Origin: Amoebidium appalachense
Taxonomy: Eukaryota > Protista > Ichthyosporea
Reading direction: 5' to 3'
Length of the DNA: 64,000 nucleotides
Assembly (NCBI GenBank): GCA_963693365.1
Contig: CAVNZM010000001.1
Location: 12,488,161 to 12,552,160, forward strand
The position numbers were made by a program, and so were the translations under genes. The notes beneath the pieces are model-generated. The model made no database searches. It worked only from the letters and a program-made list of their open reading frames with translations, and was not told the origin of the DNA. Shown piece after piece: positions 1 to 12,724 of this stretch. Within the stretch, counting starts at the first letter, position 1. The number at the start of each line of letters is the position of its first letter.

Positions 1-273
1 CACGTATATTAAGGCCTTTATGCTAACGTTCTCAAAAGTTGCCCCATCATACCCTACGGCAATACAACGGGGCCAGCGGGCGACTAGGCGATATGCAACT
101 TGGTTCGAACTTTGTATGAGAAGAGGAATTTCGGAATATTCGAATTCTGAGACGGTGCACTCAATCTGGTATATGTATACCGTGCACACGTGCGTTGTGT
201 GTGTGCCTGTGTATATTTTTTGGAGCCGGGGAGGGGGAGGGGGAGGGGGAGGGGGAGGGGGGGGGGGGGGGGG

Positions 274-398
<125 letters not shown>

Positions 399-1280
399 CA
401 AAATTATGCCCAGCAGCTCCAGCTATTATTATAAATTAGTCCTGAGTTCAAAAGATGCGGCTGACGAAATTCGACTCAGTCGGTCCCCGATCTGCCATCC
501 ACCCGGGCAGGGCGCCGCCATGCGGCCGCATCATCAATATTCATGATGTAGCAGTAGGTAACCAAGGCACCCCTCCAAAAAAAATATAACACATCAATTT
601 CTGTGCAACTGAATAAAAAATACACACCTTGTGTCTTCAACCTCGTACTATAACATGCGATTGCGGCGCCGCCGGCTCCGGCCGGCTAAAAGTAGCCGTC
701 CGGACATGGAGCTCACGAACACCCAGGGGGATACTAGGGGGACCTACACGATAAAGCGAACGCCGAACTGTGTTCCAAAGGGCTCCCCTTTGGAAGCTTT
801 TGCCAGTTTGCTGCAAAATTGGACATACGTATACGGTATACTTTGTCAGTGAAAGTCTACTTTTTGCAAAGTCTGTCTGACGGATGATTCACATGTTTTC
901 ATCTGACGCAACAAAAGTTTCACCTGTGTAGACTTTTTGCTTCTAATTTTGCCACTCGTTGGTATAAGATTGGCTTAGGCCTTTTTTTTTTTTTTTGCAA
1001 CGTCACTTGTTACTGACTATAACTGATAACCTAGTTGCCCTCCCGTTTTTTTTTCTTGGTGTTTTTTCTTCCCTTCTTGTTCTTCGCTTAAAGTTTTTTG
1101 GGGGGGTGGGAGGGCAGACTGCTCTCTTTCACCTTTTATTGCATACTGCTCTCTTTCACCTTTTATTTTGAGCCAATTTGCGAGTGCGATTTCGTTGAAT
1201 CTATGCATCGTAAAACACACACAACACTCGTTGTCATAGTAAGTTGGTAGCCATGAGAGCACTTTTCACCCATCAACAAC

Positions 1281-2672
1281 ATGATCAGTGCTTTGAGCTT
1301 CTCGCGCGACAGGCGAGTTCGTGAAGTTTCCACAGGGAGCCATTTCGGCGGAAAAAATGGCAATGACACACATGCGCTCAGCATAGATGCTGAGGGTTCC
1401 CAGAATTCTGCTTGCTTGACAATGTGCAGCGGCGAAACCGAAGTCAGTTGGGATGGAAAGGACTCCATGGCGAGCCATGGCCATGTTTTGCCTGTGCGAC
1501 GATCGACTTCTGAAGACAAGATTGCAACGAGAGCAGGCGGGCTTTTCAGCGCATCAAAAGCGTTTAATACGTCGCTTTCGCGCCTTTTCACGAAGCAGGT
1601 TTTCTCAACCAAGCGACAGAGTGTTCCTGATTATCACAGTTTGCAGTACAAAAGCAAGTCACATCCGCCCACGTCGAGCAGTGGCGAAATAAGGCAACAT
1701 GAGACTGAACAGGACACAAACTTTCAGCATGTTCCGTCACACATAGAGGTCTATTTGGCATCCATCGAAAAACACTCGAGGGGTTGGGCCGAGGTGCCAT
1801 GTTGTGACGATGCGCCAGGTCCTTCGGACAGAGTCGCTGAAAGTTTTACAAGTCATCCTTTGAATTTTGATCGAGCCCGTTCGTTTTCACATAGCATGAA
1901 GGACATCGGATCTACGAATGTTAACTTCAGTCATCAGCAACAACACACGGGTGAGTCGGACACCTGCCATGAGGATAATGTTGGGCAAAAGAACCCTTAC
2001 CACACTTTTCCTGACACAAACGTGGGGTTTTTTTCCGAATACAGCACATCGAGCGTCACACAAAGTACAATCTCGACGGAATCCGCTGGTTCGCTATCTG
2101 TACGGCGGTGGAAAAAGAAACTGAGCATTAATGTTACTAATCTTCTTGACACCGTCACCACGCCCATCCTGTCGCCATCATCCGGAAGGAGGTCGGAGCC
2201 GCCGTCGCTCGCGAAACACGCCGAGAGGCTGTCTGGGCGGGAGGAGGAGGAAAACGAAGTGCATTTCAGCGTCTACCGGGTGGTGGTGGTTTCCAAGATT
2301 TCCGATGGGCGAAAGATGTACAAGTACCGCACGACAAGGAAGAATGAGGTGGTTTTGCGGCTTACCCTCAAGAGCATTTGCGTGATGGATAGGGAGGCAA
2401 ACAATGTTCGCCACGAGTATCCTTACAACCAGCTTGTGGCTGTAATTTTGAAAGGTGGGTGTCCCCATGAAAAGAAAAAAAAAAAAAAAAATTTACAGCA
2501 TTGATGGCGGACAAAGATGGAAAAACCAATTGGAAAGGTTGAGAAGGGGTAGTAAATTCCGATTATGGTTGGCCGAGGCTGACGTGGGTTTTTCGGTGTG
2601 AGTGATATATTTTCGTCTTTTTCTTCTCTCTTTTTTCTTTCTTTCTTTCTTTCTTTCTTTCTTGCTTGCTTG

Positions 2673-2703
<31 letters not shown>

Positions 2704-2718
2704 TTTTCCCTTTCTTTC

Positions 2719-2806
<88 letters not shown>

Positions 2807-2881
2807 GGTTCATATTTTTCGCTTTTTCGTTTCTCTTTTATTTTCATTTCTTTCTTTCTTTCTTCTTTTTTTTTCGTTCTC

Positions 2882-2930
<49 letters not shown>

Positions 2931-3472
2931 AATACTCGAGCAAATTTTGGCAGGCAGGTCACTTTGTGCAGGCTGTGAATTTCTGTTTTCTGTGCTACTT
3001 ACTGACCCTTTTCTTCATTCTTTTCCCTCTTGTCGTGCAGATACGGGCACTGAGCAGAACATGCGGATTATTACGTTCGAGTTTGGACAGGCGGAGGGGA
3101 CAGAGAAGCGTGTTATTTCGTTTGCCTCGTTTCAATGCGACGAAATCGTCTCCAACTTGACGGTGTGTGTGTATACGTATGTGTGTGGGTGTGTGTGTGT
3201 GTGTGGCGGTGTACGTGTATAGTGTACGCGCGTGTGTGTAAGTGTGTGTGAGTGTGTGCGTGTTTGTACTTGTCTTAACGTGTCTTGTGTGTGATTCAGT
3301 GTGTGACGTGCGTGTTTGTGTTGAAGGGGAGGGGAAGGGGGGAGGTGGGGGAGGGCTCTCACTCGTTGCTTGTTTTGCACTCTGGGTACCATCTCATGCA
3401 AGGGTCGTAACTGATTGTATTTTGCATTCACAGAACCTGGTACGGAGGGGCTCCTATGCCGGCCTGGTGTGA
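1281..3472 (+). CDS. Uncharacterised ~444-aa protein with a Ser-rich disordered N-terminus and a C-terminal PH/PTB-like domain
   Basis: Exons 1281-2454, 3041-3162 and 3434-3472 are joined by GT..AG introns in one frame ending at TGA. The C-terminal segment (YRVVVVSK...VVLRLTLKSICVMD...HEYPYNQLVAV...ITFEF...ISFASFQCDEIVSNL) has the beta-strand run plus terminal helix pattern of PH-like folds. The fold call is inference and the start codon is unconfirmed. Confidence 0.7.
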
Positions 3473-4238
3473 CTTTGCACCAATCGGATTGAGTTTGCAA
3501 AGTCTCTCTAACGGAGCTGCCATTGCCAGCAAACCGAACTGATTCTGATGCTGCCGCCTTTTTCTTTTTCTATCTGTTTCCTTTCTCTCCATCTTACTTC
3601 TCTCCCTCCCTCCCCCCTCCCCCCCCCCCCCCTCCCCCCCTCCCCCCCCCTTTTTTTTTAAAAAAAATTAAACAAGTTAGCATCCTCTGGCCCACCGGAG
3701 TAATAATTTTCTGTAAATATGGAACGAAATTTGATATGCTCGTATGTGATTCAATCTTGATGCAGTTTCTTCTTTAGCTTATGCGTCTATTGTTGGCTGT
3801 ATATGGCCTGCTATTGGCCCGTGGTCAGTATATTCGGAGGAATAGTTTCTATTAAGGCAAAAAAAAAAAGTAGGAATATCGAGGTGCTCTCTTCGCCCTG
3901 TGAGATTAGGATTTTGATGCCATTGGTTTTCTTTTTGGTATTCTAGCAATTTTTTGCAAATTTTGAACACTTTGCAAAGTCCGCTCTTGCAGGGGTGTTA
4001 TTTTTACTCTTGGAATGAACGCCAGAATCCAGAACGAAGGTTGAACCTTTTTCGAGTCCCCAATCTGAACAGTTAAGAATTGTGATTGGGTATGTCTTGA
4101 TTGCATTCCTTGGTATCTATTTTTATTCACGAAATGAGATGTAATAGTTAAACTAGCGAATAAACTTTTTGCAGCTGTTCCAACAAAATGAAGCTGCTGG
4201 TTCCTTCCCCCCCCCCCCTCCCCCCCTCCCCCCCTCCC

Positions 4239-4269
<31 letters not shown>

Positions 4270-4904
4270 ACACAAACAAATACACACACACACACGCCCT
4301 CACGTGCACAGACACACACACACACCGGCTTTCCGCCCCCCGGAACTCACCCACCCACTCGAGCTCATTGACTCGCGCGCCCCTCACCGACTCGCCCCAA
4401 CACCACCAACACCCACCTTCAAATGGCCCGATTTAAGGTCGTCCAATTAGGTGCTATAGACCGTAGGGTGTACATGTAGGGCGGGCGGGCAATGGGGTGT
4501 GGGGAGGGGGGGGGGGGGGGGGGGGGGGGGATCCCATAGCCGTAGAACTTGTAGTCGAGCCCCTACTTTGCCATTATATATGATAATGACCATCATGTAT
4601 CCGGATATTTTACTGAGGCCTGGGATGTGTGTAACAGTTGATATTAACAATGGGTAAAGTGACCCCTCCTGCAATTTGATACTCAATAGTAATTTACATT
4701 TGCGTATTGGTAGTACTATTCATAGTATCTGCTAGGACTTGTGTATGATATTCAAACCAGTAGGCACGACAACATGTATGAATGGCAAATTTCTTGAAAG
4801 CCATCACGTTTACGGTAGGAGGATCTCTTGCTATGATCAATGCACAATAAATGATTGTTGCGTAGTGTAAACGTGTCCTTATTGGCCTGCGCCTTCAAAA
4901 CCTT

Positions 4905-5557
4905 CACTTGGCGGCCCTGCGTATTCTTACACTTTGGACAGTGTGTATTCTTACACCTTGGGCCATGATTCATCATGACCATGGGCCCTGCGTATTCATA
5001 CACTTTAGGCCCTGCATATTCATACACTTTGGGCCATCCGCATTCATACGTTATACACACTTTGGTCCTGTGTATTCGTACACTCTGGGCCCTGCATATT
5101 CTTACACCTTGGTCCTGTGTATTCATACACTTGGGGCCCGAATAGATATCTCAAAATTCATCATGCTAATGGGCCCCGGGCCCGAGTATTCATACACTGT
5201 GACTTCGAGTCCCGGGCGTAGCCATACACTTTGGGGCCTGTGTACATGTATTCATAGTATTACACTTTGGGCCCTGTGTATTCTTACACTTTGGTCCTTG
5301 TGTGTGTATTCGTACACTCTGGGGCCTGCATATTCTTACACCTTGGTCCTGTTTATTTATGCACTTTTGGCCCGGCCATATATCTACATATTCATACACT
5401 TTGAGTCCTGCGTGTTCATATACCGTTAGTAAGTCTTACACAGTCATACACATTTGGGCCCTGCATATTCATACACTTTGGGCAGGCTGCATATTCATAC
5501 ACTTTGGGCCCTGCGTATTCATACACTTTGGGCCCTCAGGCGTCGTATTCATACACA
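4905..5557. repeat. Degenerate ~24-bp minisatellite (consensus TATTCATACACTTTGGGCCCTGCA)
   Basis: About 20 imperfect tandem units between the convergent 3' ends of the PH-like gene and SDC. Confidence 0.9.
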
Positions 5558-5834
5558 AACGAACTTCGATGAAACGATCGCGCTGTGATCTCTGCAACCT
5601 GAATGGGTCGACGATCTTTTTGAAAACAGCTTAGACTAAGTCCTTCCCCGTAGCCAAACCCTACCCCTACCTCCGGTCCCGGGATCCTCCAACCCATCCT
5701 CCGCCGACCGAGGCTTACCAAGCACGATGACGTCGACAGGTCCTAATATTAGGTCCAAAGGATCTGGAGGCAGGAAGTTGTCAAAGGAAAGGCGAGGTGA
5801 GAGTGTGTGTGTGTGACGGTGTGTGTGTACACGT

Positions 5835-5866
<32 letters not shown>

Positions 5867-5880
5867 GTGGTGGTGGTGGT

Positions 5881-5959
<79 letters not shown>

Positions 5960-6037
5960 ACATACGAGTTGCAAGTGGTTACGTGCTGCAGGCCGTTCAA
6001 TTCTTGTTGTACCGTAATCTCTTCACTTAGCTTAGAC

Positions 6038-6076
<39 letters not shown>

Positions 6077-6170
6077 GAGGGGGGGGGGGGCGCCGGCGGG
6101 GCAATCGACATGGTACATACTTCATGTTTGGCAAAGTTGATATATATAAGTGTCCATCTAACTTGAATGG

Positions 6171-6266
6171 GAAAATCGAACAAATTATGTATGGACCAAT
6201 TTTTTTCGCGCGATCGCACGATTAGCCAAATAAAGAAATTTGGGCGGGAAGATTTTGCGCGCCCAA
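6171..6266 (+). repeat. Dispersed repeat family 2, copy 1
   Basis: AAAATCGAA..TATGGAC..TTTTCGCGCGATCGCACGATTAGCCA..AAATTTGGGCGGGAAG aligns by eye to the reverse complement of 43261-43360. Confidence 0.7.
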
Positions 6267-6967
6267 TTTTTTTTTTTTTTTTTTTAACACAATAAAAAAA
6301 ATAGGAATATTGTGCAATCACAATATGCACCAAACCTGCCTCGAGCGAGAATCTGTAAGGATGTATCAGTCTGTTATAATGAACTTGTGCCTGGTTAGCA
6401 CTTGTCGAGTTTCGAACAATTTTTTTTTTTCTTCTTTTTTTCTTTTTTTTGGGGGGGGGGGGGGGGGAGGTTTGAAAGTCGTACACACATATTTGAACCG
6501 TATGCGTTGAACAGGCTACAAAATTGTGTGTTAGAAGCCCATCCCCATATACTGGGGTGGGTGGGGGGGTTTATTCACTCCCGCAGGAAGATATATGGTC
6601 GACATTCAACACCAAATAACGTGTGCAATCCTTCCCACGCCGCGTTTAGAATTCAAACCTTTCAATTTCACAGTCAAAGCCTACTTTACAAGGCAAGCAA
6701 CAGCAATAAATATGACGCGACCGAAACAAGTCGCAAGTTCGATATAATCTAATTGCTTACGGGAAGACGTATACAAAAGGTGTGTACGTCGTTAGGGGAT
6801 AAAACATTTTTGCCAGCCCTTGAGTCTACAGGCGCAGACAATTCAACGAATCAACTCATCAGACTCGCATGCGAATTAACGAGTCTCTCACCCTTTCAAT
6901 CCTACCAATTGCCATATACAGTATAAACAGAACCATTAGCCTAATTTGGCCAATCCGTTTAACCTAT

Positions 6968-7897
6968 TTATGCCTTGCACGCCTGGCATCGGCAGTTCTC
7001 CTTCCCAATGTGCGAGGCGGTGCAAATGTTTCTGGGCTCGGAGAGGCCATTTTTCTTTGCCACCCTTTTGCGTGACTCGACATAATCGGACACGAACAAC
7101 TCCAGCTTGTCGGGGTTGACGTTTGGCATCACCACGGCGTGTGCAATGGGTCCCTGGGGAGTGGGATGGAGGTGAGTATGCTGGTGGTGTACCTTGAACA
7201 CACTTGGAGATCTGGCATACAAAGATTTGGAATTTCGTTCCCCTCCTGCCACCCAAGCCCCCCCTCCAACTCCCCTTCCCCCCTCCTCCACACACCCCAC
7301 CCTTCACCGTATCCCCCCTCCTCCCCCCCTTTCTATCTGAAGGTCACGTACACTTCCTCCCCCAACATCTCCCTTTCTCCCCAAACCTAATCCCGCCCGA
7401 CCCTACAGTCCAAATATAGATCATTCGTCATCAATGCCATATCCCCCCCCCCCCCCCCCCCCCCCCCCCCACCACACAACGCACACACTTGCTAGAATGG
7501 TCCAAAAAATGTGAATGTGTACAGCGTATACATGGGTGGGAGAGGTAAGAGCAGGAGTAGGTAAGCGCATGCATGTCTGTAAAAGAAGGGGAGGAAGCCT
7601 GCTGCTCACATTGCGACAAGTACCACAGAGGAAAACAATGCACCCAAAGAGTCTGCAACCACATGGAAGAGACTGTGCGTGTGTGTGAAGAGAATGTGTG
7701 TGTGTGTGTGTGTGAGTGTGAGTGTGAGTGTGTGTGTGGGGGGGAAAGCAGGGGAAGGGGAATGGGGCAGAGGGGGGGGGGGGGGGGGGGGGGGGGGGAG
7801 GGTAATACCTCGCAGGCCAGCTGCCATTTGCGCACGAACGCCTCCTCCTCAGGGCGCTCAAAGACGACCGTGTTGCTCAGCTCATTGAGCATCACAC

Positions 7898-7943
<46 letters not shown>

Positions 7944-8036
7944 TTGATGGAGAGTGAGGAAGAATGGGAAGAGGTTAGCTTCATGCAGACGATGGCATAT
8001 CAATGCAGTGCAAGGGAAGAAGGGGTGGAGGAGAGG

Positions 8037-8075
<39 letters not shown>

Positions 8076-8348
8076 AGCACAGATAGGAGAAAGGTAAAGG
8101 TGACCAAACAGTGCAGATAGTGGACAGGCATGCAACTAGTAGGACAATGAGTGTGTCGTGTATGCATGTGGTACCCGACAGAAGAGGTGTGAGGAGGTGA
8201 GGGTGGTGATCGTGTGTACGTGTCTGTTCACTGGACGGAAGAGAGGGGGGTGGAGGTGGGGGGAGGTGGGGGGGGATTGAGGAAGGGTAGGAAGGAGAGA
8301 GAGCATCTGCGTGTCTGTGTGTCTGCGCGCGCGTGCGCGCGTGTGTGT

Positions 8349-8399
<51 letters not shown>

Positions 8400-10077
8400 G
8401 CGCGGGGTTAGAGGGAGGAAGAGAATAAGGACATGTGTGCGAGTGTGAGTGTGTGTGTGTTGAGTCGGGTGTGTGTTGAGTCGGGGGGGGGGGGGGGGGG
8501 GGGGGGGGGAGGAGGAGCGCGGGGTTAGAGGGAGGAAGAGAATAAGGACATGTGTGCGAGTGTGAGTGTGTGTGTGTTGAGTCGGGGGGGGGGGGGGGGG
8601 GGGGGAGGATGGGGAAACGGAAAGAATGTGTGTGTGTGCGCACGCGAGCCGGAGCTTGGAGAGAGAGGAGCCCCAGTGTGTGTGTGTGTGTGTGTTGTGT
8701 GTTGAACATACATGTTAGATAGAGTGAGAGATCGAGAGTGAGATAGAGAGACAGAGAAGGGATAGAGCATGCGAGCATATAACGTACCCGATGTTTGCCT
8801 TTGCCAGCAGGTCTTTGAGCAGGTGGGAGTTGCGGATGCACTTCTGCACATCCCGCCTGATCCCTGCACACACACACACACACACACCAGTCAGTCCAAA
8901 AATAGGGTGCCCTGTCCTTCCCTCCCCCTCCCTCCCTCCACCCACCACAAACAAAAACACACCCTCCCCGCTCTCTTGCGTGGCCACCCCACCATTGCCC
9001 TGTGTAACCCATATTGTTCAGCCCTATCTCCTTCGCCACCTTCTCTTCTTCCCTCCCGCAGGACAAAATATCCCTCAGCCCCCTCCTACACACACACACC
9101 ACTTACCCCCCTCCCCCCCCTCCCCCCCCCCCCCCCCCAAAAAAAAAAATTCCAGAAACACGCCAACCCATCCCTGCAGACACACATCCCCCCCCCCCCC
9201 CCCCCCTTGGGGGAACCACCCAACCCACCCACCACCACCAGCATGTACCAAATGACAATTGCACCGGGTCACCTCATACTGACTTGCACACTTGTTTGCT
9301 ACCTACGTCATGTTTTCAGACATGGAAAATGAGAGAATGAGGCTATTCGAATAAGGCAGCTTTTTGGATCAAGCAAGCTGAGGTCAGAGGGGGTGTTGTA
9401 AAGTAGGTGTGTGTGTGTGTGTGTATGTGTGTGTGCTTAAGCGTGAGTGCGAGGGAGGGAGAGGAGAGGGAGACAGGGTATGTTCATTATGTTGTGCCGG
9501 TCCCGCCTACTAAGTACACATGCACCACAATGTGTGTGTGTGTGTGTGTTTCAAGGGGGAAAAGTTGAAAGAAAGGGGGGGGGGGGGGGGGGGCAACTAG
9601 TAGGCATACCGTCGTATCCCTTGCGGTTGAGGGTGTACCACATGTAGAGGGGGGCATGGCCGTTACGGCTGCCCATGATGGTGGCATCCTTGCTGTTGAG
9701 ATACTCGATCTCCTGCGACAGCTTCTTGATGTGCGTCTGTGTGTGTGTGTGTGTTGTAAGCACAGATAAAATGCATTATCTAGAAACATAGCACATGTAG
9801 CCATGATTGCTCTTCACGGCATTTCATCCATCCAATTCCTGATTTGCACATCCCCATGCCTATCCCATTCCTTCCACCACTGCTGTTTAGCACCCCCTCG
9901 GAACCCCCCCCCCCCCCCCCCCCCCCACACACACACACAGCCTCCCACACCCGTAACACACACAAAACACCCGACTGGCCCCTCCTCCCCGGCCCCCTGC
10001 CCACTCTTCTCAACCCCTCCCATTTTGCAGGCTGTGCCGTCTCCCCCCGACCCCGGAATTCTGCGTTTCGTCTCCCC

Positions 10078-10109
<32 letters not shown>

Positions 10110-12724
10110 AAAAAACAAAAAAAAAAACAAAACACAAACACACACACTGTCCACCCCCACCCACCTGTCTGGTGATGACCACACCACAGGGCGTGGGGCA
10201 GCCAACAAACTTGTGGCCAGACACAGACACGGAGCCAATGGGCTTCTTGAACGTGACCTGCGGCGCGCTCTTGACAAACGGCAGCATGAGACCGAATAGA
10301 GCACCATCGCAGTGAATAAAGAACCTGTCCTCCGTGTACCCACACTCCTTAAGAGTAGCGATAACTCCGTCCAAATCGTCCACTGCACCCTTAACGGTGG
10401 TGCCGATGTTGACGTTGATGATTGCGGGCTTGTCCTTGTTCTTGATCAGGTGCTCTTTCAGGTGCCCAAGGTCGATTTCTCCGGACGTCAGTGTGTTGAC
10501 CTTAACCATGGGCATGCGGTACATCATCCCGGCCTTGAACACTGCACTCACCCCACAAAAAATCAATGAGCCACCACCTCTCTATTACTAAGCAATCTGC
10601 CTAGAAAGCAGGTCACTCAGTACCTGCCCCTCCCCCCCCTCCCCCCCCCCCCCCCCCCCCCCCACCCGCCTTCCCAAACACACAAGTACACAGTTGAACA
10701 CATTCTACCACCCCCTTCCCTTCCCTTCTTGTTCAACCTACATCCACACCAAACCTTCCCCAACTCCCCTTGGCCTTACCCATGGACCCAGCCAACCCCC
10801 GTCTCCCAGCCATCCCCCCCCCCCCCCCCCCCACACGCCACTATAAACACCTCCCCCCCCCCCCCCCAAACCCCTTCTCCAACACGCACCCACCCCTCCT
10901 CTCCTCCCCCCTCCCCCCCCCCCCCCTACACACACTTCTGCCTGGGCATGCGCGCACGTACCCGAGTAGTGTGTCTCGCGGGAGGCATAGAGCACACCGT
11001 CGGGCAAGACCTCTCTGCCGACCAGGATGCCGTGCAGGTTGCCCTCAGTGCCGCAGTTGGTGATGTAGCCCCAATAGTCGTCCTGCTCGATCTCCCACAG
11101 CCGTGCAAACCAGTGCAGCACACCAATCTGAAGGGGGGAGGAGGGGTAAGAATGCCTTGCAAAGTGAGACCTTGAAGAGAAGCGAGGGGGGGGGGGATGG
11201 GATGAAAGTACCACTGGGAAAGAAAAAAGCCAAATCAGGTGGGATGGGGAGGCGGGAGGTAGGTGGGTGGGTGGGTGGGGAGGGGGGAGGGACATTAAAG
11301 CAATAGATGTTGCCGACCCATTGGGGATTGTGTTATCAGGTGATCTATGTGCATGTGTGTGGTGCCGGTCGAAGTTAGGGAATGGGTAGTGGGTATGGAT
11401 TTACCCACAGGACGAGAAGGAAAGGGTGGGCTAAGGCAGTATGCCATATGTATGTGTATTGAAGGAGAGGGGCATGGGGGGTGGAGGGGGGAGGGGGGAG
11501 GAGAGAGGGGAATGTTGGAAGGAAAGGGGCACCCGGAATGAGGGGAAGAAGAAAAGAGAGTGGGAGAAGGAGAGGAGGGGAGGGGGGAATATTAATAGAA
11601 GAGGGGTAGCCGGGGTGGGGTGGGGGTGGGGGTGGGTGGGGGGGGGAAGAGGGGGAGGAGGGGATAGGCACCCAGGATGGGCGGGAGAAGGTAAGGGACG
11701 GAGGGGAGGAGAGGAGAGGAGGGGGGAATAGTGGAAGAAGAGGGGCACCTGGGGGCGGGGGGGGGGGGGGGGGGGGGGGGGAGGAGAGAGGGGAAGATGA
11801 AAAATAGTTGGATAAATACCTCGAACTGGCGAGAGTGGACACCGTAGTTGCTCTCGACGAACGGGTCACCAAGGTTGTTGATGGAGTACTTCTGCAGGGG
11901 GGCAAGGGCGCCGTAGTCAAAGTCCAGGTTGTAGGGGTAGCCAAGGTGGAACCGTGTGCGCTCTTCCAGCATCTTCTGGAAGTCTGCAATCACCTGCGCT
12001 GCTGCCTCCTCACGTGCCTCGAAGGACTCGTCGCTGTCAGGCTGTGTGGGGAGAGAGGAAAGGGGGGGGGGGGCAATTGCGTTGATGAATACAGGTCGGA
12101 GACGTGGAAGGATGGGTTGGAGTGAAAGGAGCATGTGTCTCCTGGGGTATTTGAGGGGAGGGCACCGAGGGGGGGAGGGGGAGGGGGGGGCTAACCGGAA
12201 GAAACAGTTCAAAAAACAATGGACTATCTAAACCCCTTACCCCCCTCCCTCCCCCGCCCAGATAGCTTTCCCCACCTTTCCCCTTCGACCTCAAGCTCTC
12301 CCCCCTTCCCCCCTCCCTACCACCACCACCACAACCAACTTTTACACACAGAGAATACACACCTCGCTCAGGTCCAAGCTCTTCAAGCTGGTGCGGCTGC
12401 CTTCACGAGCAAGGGGCCTGCTGGTGACTGCCGTAAAAAAGATCAGTCTGGATTCTGTGTAGCTAGACAGCACCCACAAGCATCTGCACATTGCGAGCTT
12501 ACCACAGAACATGGTCACACTAACTAAGACCCCTACCCTTATAGTGGCTATTCCAAGTCAGAAAAACAAAAGCAGGATCCTGGATAGCCTTCAAGAGGGC
12601 TGGAGGAGTGAGGGGGACATATACGCTTGGGGGCAGGCAGCTCAAGGCCGTCGGTGATGGTGACAGCCTCCTCGAACTCAACGGCCATCTTGTCGAGGCT
12701 CTCGTTGCTTCCGTTGTTAGACAT
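6968..12724 (-). CDS. SDC1: Serine decarboxylase, plant SDC1-like (group II PLP-dependent decarboxylase), ~468 aa
   Basis: Nine exons (12625-12724, 12363-12427, 11820-12041, 10962-11127, 10165-10541, 9610-9736, 8788-8863, 7809-7896, 6968-7153), all GT-AG and in frame. Motifs: [44 protein letters not shown], the PLP-lysine motif [35 protein letters not shown] and a Cys-rich tail. These match Arabidopsis-type SDC/HDC-like enzymes. Confidence 0.93.
8398..8585. repeat. Local ~70-bp direct duplication bounded by poly-G tracts in an SDC intron
   Basis: GAGCGCGGGGTTAGAGGGAGGAAGAGAATAAGGACATGTGTGCGAG...TTGAGTCGGG occurs at ~8398 and ~8515. Confidence 0.85.
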
